This document shows, one piece after another, positions 1 through 13,700 of a stretch of 64,000 nt of DNA. The stretch spans positions 124,001-188,000 of the forward strand of contig JAKIMF020000013.1 of assembly GCA_022605425.2 (NCBI GenBank). Direction: 5' to 3'. The notes beneath the pieces were generated by a model. The model saw only the letters and a list, made by a program, of their open reading frames with translations. It did not search any database and was not told the origin of the DNA. A program made the position numbers and the translations under genes. The stretch's first letter is position 1. Each line of letters starts with the position of its first letter. Source of the stretch: Hamiltosporidium tvaerminnensis FI-OER-3-3. Lineage: Eukaryota > Fungi > Microsporidia.

Positions 1-405
1 CTTCCTCCAACTCCAACTCTTCATTTGTATTGTTGTTGGTTCCTTTGCTGTGTTTATGCCATCCAAAATAAAGGGTAAAATATTTTTTGTATTTTCCGTT
101 TTAACATCATCTTCCTCGTTGTCTACTTGCTTTAAAGGGGGTATTGGTTGTTTATGCATCTCAGCTCCTAAAATAACACTTTATGATGCAATTTCCTAGC
201 TCTCTTCGCATTTCGTCCAGACTCAAGTCCTTTTCGTCGATCAAAAGAAATTGTTTCGATTGTCTTTTTGAGTACTATGGATTGTTAAATGCCTCTACAT
301 TCATGGGTATTTGTAGTCTCTTAACATACGTCTTATGGTTTTGTCACAATACCGTCCCAGAACATCACATAAGGAATTATCTCTACACTGCATTTATAAA
401 TAAGT
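1..405 (-). mobile_element. 5'-truncated 3' fragment of REL-type LINE nested in a Ginger-like transposon (runs off window start)
   Basis: Minus strand encodes LIYKCSVEIIPY...MNVEA, matching the C-terminus of the LINE at 13603-14553. Near-identical to 20026-20430, including the junction. Confidence 0.85.
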
Positions 406-817
406 GTATAAACTAAATACTTAGAAAAAAAAACAAATAATATAAGAGTTTTAAATAAATGTATATACAATTTTATGTTGTTTAGTGCCAGTATCAAATT
501 CTACAACGAAATTTTGCCTTACAAATACTAAAAAATGCAAATAACTGAAAAAAAATATAAATTTTATTGGATATTTTATTCATAATTAGCACATCCTATT
601 TGTTTATACAAAAGAAATTTTAAAAAAAGGATGGATAAGAAATATTGGAAAGAAAACTCAAATAAGAAGGTTTATACGAATAAAGGGAATAAATGCGTTA
701 TAATAATATAGAAATTAAAAGGCTATATGAAAAATAAAGGGTGTTATCAAGATTAAAAATGTATAGGAAATAACGGGATTCTATTGGTGATGGGGGGTTG
801 TTTATCTGCCCGTGACA
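1..817. mobile_element. Right arm of a second copy of the Ginger-like DNA transposon
   Basis: Colinear with 20026-20838. Ends ...tatctgcccgtgaca, the reverse complement of tgtcacgggcagata at 18169. Similarity stops right after the terminal ACA. Confidence 0.8.
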
Positions 818-2041
818 ATAAATTTAATTTAACTCGTGAAATTTTTAGTTTCTTCTTTTAGATCTGACTAAGCTTATAATTAGTGTCGGTTCTCGAGTGG
901 TTCTTAGATCCTAAATAGAGCTGCATCATATTAATTGTCATCACGTATTTAACACGAACTTGCTCGATACCAGGTGATCTTAAAGTGAAATATAATTTCG
1001 TATTTCTTTTGCTTTTAAAACATCATTGTGCTACTTCCAATTCTCCTCGTTATTTTATCATTACATATTAGACCAATTCGATCAAGAAAAATTATTTTAA
1101 CGTCCATTTTAGCACATTCGACTAAATACATGCTTCTAAATTTATAGGCATTTGAAGTCTTTAAGGATATTTCTTATGATATTTTAACAAAATATCAAAC
1201 CAATTAAACATAAAAAGATTATTTCGGCATATCACTTAAAAATAGCCTCGAAAATCATTTACTAGGGTGTCATACATCTTAATATTTCAGTTTCCACTTT
1301 TAAGTGAATCTTAAAACTAATTTTCACATCAATGAAAGTTATCATATTTTAACTCTTATCATACATACTTATATGGCTTCTATTATTGCATATCTTAACC
1401 TCGGTTTTTATCTAGGTGGCAAATCTTATTTCCGCATACTCATTTTTAAGATTTTCTGATTTTGGGACTTCTAATTCGTTTTAAAGATCTAAATTTGTAT
1501 ATATTTAGACGGTGTGAGGATAGACATCAAAGCACTTCATTAAATCGTCTGTGTAGTCATTTCAGTGTATTTTCTCATATCGTATCACCATCTATATATA
1601 GAATCTATGAGAAATACAAAATGAACTTGAAATACTTATGGAAATTTCGATTTTTGAATGTTCAAATATCTCATTGATGAGTTGCGGAACATTAAATGTA
1701 ACATATATACAAATGATATTTTCTTCGAAAGGTATTTTTTATGTAATTTTCACACCCCAAAAAATATTCTTAGTTTTATGAATACCAAATAGGGCGTCAA
1801 AAAATATATTTTTAATAGATTGCGACCGTTAGAAAAACCACAATCTACTTATTAAAAAATAGCTTGAAAATTTTAAAAAAACAAACTAATATATAATATT
1901 TTATGTAGTGATAATTCATTTTCTCGGTGTTTTCATACTGTGATATTGCTCTATTCTTAAACTTTTTTTATCGTTGATTATTTAACTCAACAAATAAACT
2001 TTATGGTATACTTGCTTGTTTATTTAAATTTTATTCTCCAG

Positions 2042-3700
2042 ATGAATTATTTCAATTATGTTTTGTTATTCTTATAAACAATTTGCGTATATTCGGCGTT
2101 ATATAATCATATTTTTTTTGTTCGAATCAATATAACTGTCATTATTTTTGAGATCTTTTTTTTTTTGATAATTAAATTTTTTCTCAAACATATAACTTTT
2201 AAAGTTTATTGTGCGAAATAAATTCAATCTAAATAATATTATAAAATGAAACTCAGAGTTGCTCATGAATTTTTATACTATACTATGTATTAAAAATGTT
2301 TTTTGAAGCAATTTTTTGAATGAAACTAATACATCTGAGAGTTTTGGGAATTTTAGATTGGTTAAATTCAACCGTTGATGATATAAGTATTTCGATGCGA
2401 TTGAATCTGATAAAAAAAAGGTGTTTTCATTTAATCATGACTAATAGGCATCAAGATGTAATAGATTATACGTCTCTCGAAATTCTTTTTGTCAAAGTAT
2501 TTTTTAAAGCACATTTAGAAATGATTAAACGATTATTTAAACAGTGCATACTAAAGACTATTGAAAAATAAATAACACATATTGAATTATTAGGTGGTGA
2601 GAACTTTATAAATGTAAAAATAATTTACAGATCGCTATTTCTGAATTTTATTGATATTTTTATAAACAGATATTTTATTTCCTTTAGTAGACTTAAATTT
2701 TTAAACGATCATGAATTTACAATTTATAAATATTTTTTATTAAATGAAACATTTTCTGATCCAGATATTATGAAAAGACTTGATGAAATAAAAAACCGAT
2801 CAATAAATGAAATCCCGTTAATTACAGAGGAAAAGAAAATAAAAATTATCCAAAGTATCATTAATGATGAAAAATTTATAAAATTTTAATTGAAAAAGTA
2901 TTTCTTGTATTTATTGGGTTTAAAAATTTAACAAAAAGTTTCTTGGATTATCAGTTTATGATTTTAAAAAAAATATCGAATGGTTCAAATTCGGAAATCG
3001 AAAAAAAATCAATTTAGAAAGATTTTAAAAAAAATCTACACTAAAAATAATTTGGAGTGTCTAAGCTACTATGATAATGCTATTTCTCAAACGGGCGACA
3101 AATTTAAAAGGGATTTTTATGATTCTCTTATCTATGCAATAGCAGAAAATCATTTTAATGAAGAATTTTTTAAAATACCAAACAGAAAAATGTTTACATC
3201 TATTATAGATTGTGAAAATATGCATTATACTTTTGTAATTAGATATGATTCAAACTTTGTATCCCCTAAAAAACTGACGCCATCATTTATAAAGTTTTCC
3301 AATTCTTACTTACGTCGATTTTCGGATAGGATTTTATATTTATCCTTATTTTTAAAATTTGATGACTGGATAGTCGTTTTTATTGATCAAATTTTTTTGA
3401 ATTTAAAGGAAAAAAGCATTTATCTACTTTTTAAAACAAGACCTTTCTGATATAAAAACCGATCGACAAAAACAGTTAGATGAAATTTTAGAAAACAACG
3501 GATTTAAGCCCTTTCTGTGATGAAATTAAGGAATTTTTAGAGACTTTAAAAAATAACATGGTGTCATCGGTTTACGCCGTATTCTATACATATGAGATTA
3601 AAGATTTAATATTTAATATTTAATATTTTAGAGTATAATTGCTAAATTTTTAAAAAAGTATAAATTAGAAATTAAGCATCTGAAAGGGAATAAAGAAATG
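2042..3700 (+). pseudogene. Degraded lineage-specific protein gene
   Basis: Chain of same-strand ORF fragments (2320-2571, 2980-3450) with F/I/K/N-rich composition and a hydrophobic start near 2042. No domain recognised. Confidence 0.35.
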
Positions 3701-4314
3701 GTTTTTGAGAGAAAAATCAAAGAAAATATTTTGTTGGGTTTTCATATTTTTTAGAATCTGCTCTCAACAGATATTTCTTGGGAGATAATGGGAAGGAAAT
3801 AGTTTTAGTTTGGAATAATTAAATTAATTTTACGCTTTTCTTTATTAACTGTGTTTTTTATATTTTAAATATCATTTTTTTTGCTAAAAAAATGTAGTTA
3901 TATATCTGAATTTAAATCGTTTAATTATAGTATGATAAATGATATATTTAAATACCAGGAATGAAAAAAATTCTCCTACTTTGAAATTCAATTATAATCT
4001 GCATAGTAATAAGTTAATGCCAACCAAAGAATGAGAATCAAACCTTTAATTGTATTGTATGAAAAATTTAATTAATGATTTTTTTCATACCTACGGTTCA
4101 TTAAAACTAACATTTTTTACATTAAAAAAATTAAAAGATAAAAAAATTGTTTTTCAAATCAACTGATCATATAGATGATTCAAGTATACTAGTCTTCTGT
4201 TTTCTCAAGGATTTTTTTTGCCTAAAATAGGCTTTTGATAATTTAAATGATATATTTTCGATTATATGCTACTTCGCAATCTAATATATATGTTTATTTA
4301 CAATACATTATTCC

Positions 4315-4425
4315 GGTGGAGAGAGCCTAACCACATTAAAAACTATCTGGTTAGCAATGAAGGCATTAATAGTTGAGAAACCTATTGTTGCAATTTTGGT
4401 GCAATATAAACCACTCTAGATCTAT
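4315..4425 (+). repeat. 5' head fragment of the SINE-like family
   Basis: ggtggagagagcctaaccacattaaaaactatctggttagcaatga...ttttggtgcaatataaaccactctagatct aligns with the 5' end (minus strand) of the 31258-31989 copy. Confidence 0.65.
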
Positions 4426-5029
4426 AAGACAATCCCTTATAATGTTGAGTTACAACCAATTAAAAGAGGGATGGAATAAGTACGTACGCACAATAAATTG
4501 TTTTTTCAAGCAAATCAATCAGCTTATCTAAACCTTTACATATACTTATACAACCAATCTTTAGAACTTCAATGACTTGAAAAAAACGTAAAATTATAAT
4601 TTTGATCAAAAAAAAGCGGATAATTTAAAATTCAGAAATCAAATTCTTTTAGAAATGACTGTTAAAATTTTTGAATTGGGATATTAAATAGTAAAATGTG
4701 TTTAAGTCAAAAAAATAGATACATTAGAATCAAGAGAAAGTTTTGAAAATTTTGATCAAATTTATTCAGGGTAATAAGCCTACCCGGCTCTATAGGTATC
4801 CGAACAAGAAAAATCACCAGGAAATCGCAAAATATAAACGTATACAAATCAGTCTCCTTATTTTAAACTTGTTGCGCTTTTCTTGTCGAAAAATGCTATG
4901 CTTTTTTAGCTTTTTTGTTGGCGTCTCCTTCAACCAATAAATTCTTTTCCAAAAAAACTTCCTTTATCCGTTATATTTGTTCTTTATATTCGTGTTTATA
5001 TGTTATTATATGTAAAAATGCTTGCATGA

Positions 5030-5730
5030 CAACATTAAAATAAAACCAGCTTACCTACAATTATTTGGAAAAATTGGAGCGAAGATCCTTGTTTAGATTT
5101 TAGTGAGATATAGAGTAAATTAGATATTTGATTGTTACATAGTAATATGAATAAGAAAGAGTGCGTCTAAAAAAGGGAAAAAATTAGCGAAAAGTTTGTT
5201 GTTTATTTGTAAATTTAATAAGAAACCACAATTTATTTCGTAGATAATTCACATGCTAAAGCGAAGAAACTTGGTCTTGCTCACAACGGGTTAGAAAAAC
5301 AGCATTCGGGTGTTCGGAAAACATCCCAATAAAAATCCACGACCATACTGTTGGCAGTTTATGTCTATTGGCATGGCCTTATAACGATATTTAGACTTCG
5401 TAAACCGCATAAATATATGTTGGCATTGCTTAAAAGGTGCGCAAAGTAATTGTAAATCAGAATCTTCTGTGATGAGGGCAGAGGATTCCAAAGACAGATT
5501 ACGAAATGCAATAAAACCAAAGACCACGGCTGTAAAACCCCCTACCTACCTGCTTAGCTCATGAAATAGGGTTTACCGCCTCCCTTTAGATGTAAATATT
5601 TCAATATAGACATCATATATATAGAAGGAGTATTATAAATGCGTTTATATGTGTAAAACGTAGTACTGCGTTAATGCTATGAAAAAAATGAACCCAGACC
5701 ATTTTTTCAAAACAAAGATGGGATATTATA
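5030..5730 (+). repeat. Old, highly diverged near full-length copy of the SINE-like family
   Basis: Conserved blocks in the same order and spacing: agatccttgtttagatttt; cttgctcacaacgggttagaa; gcagtttatgtctattggcatg; actgcgttaatgctatgaaaa; aaagatgggatatt. Confidence 0.65.
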
Positions 5731-5764
5731 TTATATTAATTATTTCGAAGGTTAAAATTTTATA

Positions 5765-6694
5765 TTAAAAAATAATTTTTAATTCATTAGATTTCCATTG
5801 TTTTTTCAATGCTTTTCTTTCCTGAAAAATTTCTTTCAAACCTGTATTGTAATATAACAAATCAAGATATGAAACTATTAGAAGAACAATTAAGTTAGTT
5901 AAATCCAATGTTAATATTACAAATACCATACTAATTAGAAATAAACCTACCCTTTGAATATTTTGCAAAAGTAGCCTATTTTCAATACTGAAAACACGAT
6001 CAAAAGTATAATAACAACGATACTTATTTTTTTATTCCGAAAATTTTCATCATTTTCTTTTATTGTACTGAAAAAGAGTATAATTTCAAGACTGAATTCG
6101 ATTGGCGCAAGGATTTTATTCCTTTTAGTGAAAGTATTCATATTGATATATATAAGAAAAACAATATAAAAATGGTAGTAAATAATCAATCTCAAAGCTT
6201 TTCCTACTTTTCTAATCTAAAATTAGGTAATTTAACTTACTTTATATGCTGTTTCTAAATCTTCTCTTGCTCCAACAGTTCGGTAATAATTCCAAACCAG
6301 ATTTTAAAAACATTTTCTTTTTCTTGAATAATAAAAAATGTCTTTACTGACTCGATTAAAGACTGTAGTAAGATGATGATTCCAAATCCATAATAATTTA
6401 TTTGTACGAACTTCATAACTAAAATATAAAATTTAACGAGTACATAAATCACGAAATATTCCATCAATCCTAAGTAGATAATAGCAAGTAGACAATATAC
6501 ACTGAATACATGAAATGATGAAATCCAAAATTATTAAAAAATATGTATATTCTGATGTGTTCATCTAAATTTTCATTTAATTCATATTTTGTATGAATAA
6601 GTAAGCCTTCTAGAAAAATACTTGTCATACCAAAGAAAATTATTTTCAAAAATGTACTAAGCTTGATATCCATATTCCAAACTTTGCCATACAT
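5765..6694 (-). pseudogene. Frameshifted multi-pass membrane protein gene
   Basis: Four abutting or overlapping minus-strand hydrophobic ORFs (6470-6694, 6255-6467, 5947-6195, 5765-5968). Confidence 0.45.
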
Positions 6695-8134
6695 TTGATT
6701 TATAAATGTTTTAATTATATTTCATTAAAAATTTAGAACATAGATTATATTCTAGTTATTCTTTGACATTTATTAAAACCTCCTATATATTTTTTCAATA
6801 ATAATTTGAACTTTCAAAGTTTAATTATTTGATTGCTTCTCTTTGCTATTTTATCCGTATAAATATTACACTCAAATTATGTTTTGGAAAACAAGTATTG
6901 CTTTTATATATATTTTTCAAAATAAAATTGTCTACTTTATAAAGGATTTTTTTTTAATATGATTTCTAATTAAACATTAATCATTCTGTTATCTATAATT
7001 GAATTAAAAAAAGTTCATTCACTCAGATAACATGAAAATAGAAAAACAACAAAAAAAGAATATTTAAACTCACAGTAACAAAAACTCGTATTAATCGTAA
7101 ATAGGATTGAATCTTTATTATTTTAATATAATCAAAGTATATTGTCTTTATTTTTTTAGATTTTATTAATTCTAAATTAGTTCAATACAAGTTTCATACT
7201 ATAAATTGTGAAGAAAAGAATTTGAAAAAAAATTAGGAAAGGTGCATTTATTTAAACCGCGACGATGCAAAAACCCAATATACCAAAATAGCTTCGTAAT
7301 ACAACTAAAAAAGAAATTAAATTTATCTTTACTACTTTCAAAATATTCTGTACTAAAATGCAAGTATTGATAAAAATTTTAATTCGATAACACGAAAAAC
7401 ATGTGCAATTCATTTTGAAATCTGTTAAAATATAAAATTCGAGTTATAAGAACTATTTAATAAAGTTTTACACCGATAAATTTTTTATTAAATTAGTATA
7501 TTAATAAAGAAAAATTGCATCTCTGTATCAACTTATTTCTAATTAAGCGTGTATTTGTCATATTTAAGTTTATATGAATGTCATTTTGTGGACAAAATCT
7601 AGCCAAGTAAACTAGTGATTTTGAAAAATAGCACATATAAAAAGTAAGGTTGTAAAAATACATTCGATATATTAATTAGATAGAAATCTGGATATTTTGA
7701 CGGGTAAATATATTGAATCTCTTTATAAATGTATAAACTGCGAAAATTTGAATCTTAAATAGAATTACATTGAATAAATACGGGTCTTATTTTCAGCTTC
7801 GATGTCGAAATATATATTTGTGACGACTTGGAATACATTTCAATCAGTTTACGATCAAAGAAAATTTCTAATACTTAATATCCGAAAATATCAAATTTTT
7901 TTTCAATAATAATTTCTTTAGACAGGTTATAACTGTATCTTTTAAATATAAAAAAACGTTCGGCGAATAAAAAACGAACAAATTTAAAGAAGTCTAATAA
8001 TATGGAATAAATACCGTGAGAATTCTACACCTACTAAGTTTAAACATCTGTTAAGATGAAGAATTTATAAGCACATAAAAATACGAAACTATTCAACGTG
8101 ATCGGCGATATAAATCAATAAATAATATAATCTA

Positions 8135-8861
8135 CTAGCTTATCTGGCGAGCGTTGCTGCGATAATAAAAGAAAAAAGATTTAAGTATAATAAAAGAAAA
8201 AATAAATTATTTATTAATTTGAATAGTATTAAATTATTTTTCGAGTGTTTTTAACAATATATTCTTTGCTTTTGTTCTGTGTCTGAACGAAAAAATCGGA
8301 AGAGATTTCCACGAATTATGTGGCTACATAGAGTTATCATGTGAAAATCGTTTCCCAAATCTATTCTACACAGTGTAGCATTTCCTCTTGTGCGTTTTAT
8401 TGTCTTTCAAAAGGTAAGTAGTAAAGAAATTTACACCTTTACATGGCTTATCTGTTAGAACCGTTGAAATGTGTGGGAGTGTAAATAATCTTTTTTATAA
8501 TACTTGTATATTATTAAAAATCTTTAGTGTATTACACTTTCAAATAACACCCTATTACATAATTCTTCTTATTACTAAAATCCTTTAATGTGCAACAATC
8601 TATATAAACAATCCGTTTGCCTAATTAAATTTATTAACATCTTTAACTTATTACCATAAATAAACATGCTTTTACATAGTACGACTATATTAAAACCTTA
8701 AATAAAAGCCCCATGTTTAACCTTTTGATTTTTCTACCTTCATAATGAAACGATACCTCTTTTAAAAAAATTTACCCCGTTTAGAAAAATAATACCTTAT
8801 TTTCATTCTTTAAACACACAGACAGACAGACAGACATACATACATACATTTTATATATAGA
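8135..8861 (-). mobile_element. Internally deleted non-autonomous Helitron
   Basis: Minus strand starts TCTATATATAAAA followed by a (TGTA)n(TGTC)n microsatellite. It ends cgcagcaacgctcgcc...CTAG|T. Interior retains decayed Pif1-helicase C-terminal motifs (LPHISTVLTDKP, CRIDLGND..FSH..LYVA, KAKNI). Confidence 0.8.
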
Positions 8862-10792
8862 CAAAAAATGAATTCTAATATATAATCGAATATTTCACAA
8901 AGATGTACACATTATTCACTCACCTCGAAATGTTTAATTGGTTTGAAAATTTATGACACGAATAATCGTTTTTCGATCAAGGAAATATTTCCATGATTTG
9001 CTCATAAATCTTAAACAACCAATAATAGTCTACAGAAGTAAAACGCGAAGCATTTAAAAACGTTTGATTGTTCTAAAAAAAATATTCTCACTAACTATGA
9101 TTGAATAATTTTGTAGGCTTAGTACATGTAAGGATAGCATTTAAAATATAGTTTTTTAATTTTAAAAGTTATAATTTCTACCGTAAGATTCATTGCAATA
9201 AATTGTTAACAATTCATTTTTTACCTCTTTTTACTGATGCATAAACAATTTCATTTTAATATAAATATTTTTTTGCCTTTTTTGTGCAATTTATATTCTT
9301 AATACTAATTTCATATAATAATTATAGCATGAAAAATTCCATGGATTTTTAGACCCGATTTAATCAAAAGATTTCAATAAAATACCGAGAATAACATACA
9401 ACTAATGAATTAATTCATATAGCTTAGGTAAAAAACGATTTACACGAATAGATTCCACTAGAATAAAGCGAAATGGAATAAAAATAGATAGTAACTACAA
9501 ACACCCACAAAAAATGCCGAGCAAATTCTAAAAAAATCAATATGTCAGAAGAAGAAAAAAATGCAGATTAAAAAAGGTACTAAATTTTCATGAAATAGCT
9601 CAAGAGCGGCTAAAATCCAGATATAAAAGGCCAAAAAATATAAGATGGACAGTTAAAGGGGATAAAATTGAAATTGAATAGATAGAAAATCTATGGTTCA
9701 GATAATAACACCTAAAAAAATGGGTTTAATTTATTTTCAATTTTTTTATTGAAAGTCGGATTTTATATTGACCCCCTTACCATTCTGTCTCCCCCTTTGA
9801 ATTTTACCCTGGCCAAAGGTAAAATCCAGCAGATCATCACATCTGCTAAATCAGATGGGTCGGCAAAAATATTCTATTTATAGATTTTTTGGCGGGGAAA
9901 AAATATATTTTGTGATAAATTAAGTAGTTCGAATGAAATAAAACTATTTTTAACCGAAAAAAAGTTTAAATAAATTAAAAAAAATACTAAAACCAATTTA
10001 AAATAAGATTAAAATTAAATTGTAAAAAAATTAAAAAAAAAAGAAATCAGAAAAATCAAATTAAGAAAAATTATCAACATGATAAAAAATAAATTTTAAT
10101 GAGTTTTTTTTTATTCCGTTTTTATATGCATGTCTTCTCACTGGTTATTTTTACTTCTCCTTTATATATGACATACTTTTGTATTTTAATCTAAAACTGT
10201 AAAAATTTGGAAATATAAAGAAAATAAGACCTAAGTTACTAAAAAGTACACTTTTGATTAAAGCGCTGCAAAAAAAATTTTTTACCGTTTTTTTTAACAT
10301 GTTTTAACTATAATTTAGAAATTTAATGAGCAATTACTTCTAAGAACAAGAGGGGGACATAATAAAATAGAGAGGGGGACAGAATAATTTAACAACAAAA
10401 AATTAAGTGCATTTTACGTATAAAATTCTTCAAAAACCGAGCATATCGAATATTAAAATATAATTAAAGCGGGTGGAATTTTTAAATTATAATTTTAAAA
10501 ACGAAAGCATGATGAAGTTCAAAACGTTGGCATTTCTTTATAGCTTTTTTATTTTTTGATGGGGGGGCATAATTAAATATGAGATTGAATGTAAAATTTG
10601 GTTTGCTTTAATACCGGTTTAACTCTAGTAAACATAAGAAACTGGATATTTTTACGATTAATAAGAACCAAATTATAAATAACACCATCAATTTCTAATG
10701 ATTTGGTATTAAATAGATTTCTATTTTCGATAAATTATTTTTAGAATCAAATTCTAATCATATTATTGGAATATATTTATATTAAAAACCAA

Positions 10793-13700
10793 ATGGGTAG
10801 AAAGAAAAATGTTAGCAGCGAAATATCTAAAAATACCAAAATAAAGGCTGCAAACGACGCTGATGAGGTGATGAAGAGTGATAGTGAGGTACAAAAATAT
10901 AAGCTACACCCACCGGCGATTTCCCTACCTTCCTCCTCCTACACAACAATAACACCTCCACCACCAAGCCAAACATGCAGTAAAATGCAAAATAGTGGGC
11001 TTGACACCTTACCTTCGCCTAATACACTAGTTCCCTCTTCGGTTGAAGTCTCTGCGTGCGAGCCATCGTACGACATGACAAGCCCCTGTACTCTAGCTAT
11101 TCCGGAAGGTAACAGGCTAATGGCATTGCGGACGATATTCGATTCTGTAACAGCCGACCCGAAGGAATGGCCTCGAATTGTTTTTTTTGCAGTACAGACA
11201 AGGTTTGAAAGAATGCCAAGAAATGGCTGGACAGAGCTTCACAGGTACTATAATGAGAAATTCGGCTGCACTGAAACTCTCGAAGTGTTAAAAAAATTGG
11301 CACAAGTGAGATGGGAAAGGATGTAAAATCAGAAGAGAATGGAGAGCGACGTAGAATCGCCACTTGTCTCGCTGATACATGCACCTTGAACGACACCACG
11401 GAGTACATAAACCTGAGAGATAAATTCTTGAGTAAAATCAAAGAAATCTCGGAGAAGGAAATTGGAAAAGTGGTGGTCCGAACTAGAAAACATCCAAATG
11501 AACTGGTTGATAGTAAAGTTCTGGATCTCATTAATCGAGTAGTCGGTGAATATGCAGGAGCTCATGTACCTGAGTCAATTACGGAAGCCGCGTATATCAT
11601 GCAAGCTGCGCAGGTATGCTATGACGAGGCAACACGTAAAGAGAAGCCTAGATCCGCTTGGAAGGAAAACATAGAAAGTAAAATTTCTAAGTTAGTACTT
11701 TCCAAAGATCTTCTCGAGAAGGCTCGTAAGCAGGAAAAGCTCTCCACTTCGGAAACGAAGAGCCTTAAGAAAATCATGCGAGAGTTTAATTTAAACTTGA
11801 GCAGCGTAACTGATCTTTCTGAGGCTTTAGTTAAGAAGAATGAGTCTTTGAATGTTTACGAGAAAAAAATTACGATGCATGAAAGTAGGAAGCAATTCCG
11901 AAAAGAGAATCGTATGTTTGAGCTTTTCTGAGGTCGATTTTATCGTGGGTTATCCGAGCGTGTGGAATCCGAGCATGTGGTTAGCCGTGATGAAATTGTG
12001 AGTTTTTGGTCTACAATGTGGAACAAAAATGATGACACAGTCACGTACGATGATTATTTGATTCCATTTGTATCAGATAATCATCCGACCACGTTTCCTT
12101 CACTTTATGAATTTGTGAATATCATTAATTGGCTCCCTAATTGGAAAGCTGCTGGAATTGATGGTATTTACAATTTTTTCATTAAGAAACTTACAACTCT
12201 TCACAAATATCTTTATGATATTGTGAAAGTTATATGTTTAGAAGGAACACCTCAAGCTGATTGGTTTTACTGCGGGCTTACGTATTTGATACCGAAAGGA
12301 ATTCCACGAAGAGGCTCTGACTACAGGCCAATCACTTGTATGTCCAACCTCTATAAGTTAACGACAAAGTGTGTAACGAAAGTCGTTCAACTTGAAGTGG
12401 AAAGGCGAGGGTTGCTTGCAGAGAACCAATTAGGGGCGGTAAGAGGTGTGCAGGGAGCGAAAGAGCAGGCTCTACTGAATATTGCCTTAAATAAAGAGTA
12501 TGGAAATAATCTTAAGGCAACATGGATTGATGTTAAAAAAGCTTATGATGTAATAAATCATGCTTATTTGACTCAATGCATTGAAAACCTTAATTTACCT
12601 GATTGGATCCTGAAATTTATTAAGGTAATTATATCAAAATGGAAAATTGATATATCAGTAGGGCCTGAAAAAATCATGAGCAAGAAGATTGATAGAGGGA
12701 TTCTACAAGGAGATAGTTTGTGCCATTTGTTATTTGTGTTGTGTATGGATCCATTAAGCCGAAAGCTTAATGAAAAATACACAAAAGTGACAGTACAAAC
12801 AGATGCAGAATCCCATTCTACTAATCATCTCTTGTTTATTGATGATCTTAAGCTCCTTGCAAAAGACAGCTCCACATTGAGTGCTATGACAGGCGAGGCA
12901 AAGGAATTTTTAGAGGTGATTGGCTTAGAGATTAACAAAGAGAAGTCAGCCACAAATGATACGTGTTGTGAAGATACTGCTACTCTTCTAGAAAGTGTTA
13001 GTGTTTACAAATATTTAGGAATAATAGAAGATAGCAGAGGAATTCCAACACGTAGCTAATTTGAAGAAGTACAAAGCAAACTTATATCAAGAGTTGAAAG
13101 ACTTTGTCACACTAGATTAAACGCAAAAAATTTATTTTCTGCAATCAATTCACATGCGATATCGTTAATCAACTATCACATAGGAGTACTTCGACTTGAA
13201 CCGGCTGACTTCTCTAAGTTAGATGATACAGTGCGTGCGGTGTTGGTGAAGAATAAGATACATCTCCGCCCAGGATGTAAAGAGCGTTTATACCTTCCTA
13301 GAACAGAACTTGGAAGAGGCCTACATAGTGTTGAGTTGCGAAGCGAACATATGCTTCTGCAACTCTTGGATTGTCTGGAAAAAAGTAAAGAAATATCAAC
13401 TAGACGAGCAGCAATCCTCAAGGTGGAGAATAATAATAAAACCCATCTTGCACTAATAAAAGGCTTCTTAAAAGTAAAGTACAGGTTGGTAGAAGAAGTC
13501 ACTAAGAAAAGTTTAGAAGAAGCTTAACTTGCAAAACTATATAACGAAATAGAAAAACGAAAACTCCATTCAAAGTTATATAATGCAAGAAAAAATGAGC
13601 TTGTGAGTGTTAGTGACTCTTCAAGATGGTTAAAGAGAGGGAATATTAGGCCACGAAATGAAGCTGTGTTCTGCTATATCCAGGATAGAAATGTATTCTG

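Noticed and set aside
11290-11330. Programmed frameshift or two-ORF organisation of the LINE
   Set aside because: REL elements of this type normally have one ORF, and this copy has three further nonsense mutations, so a simple indel is more likely.
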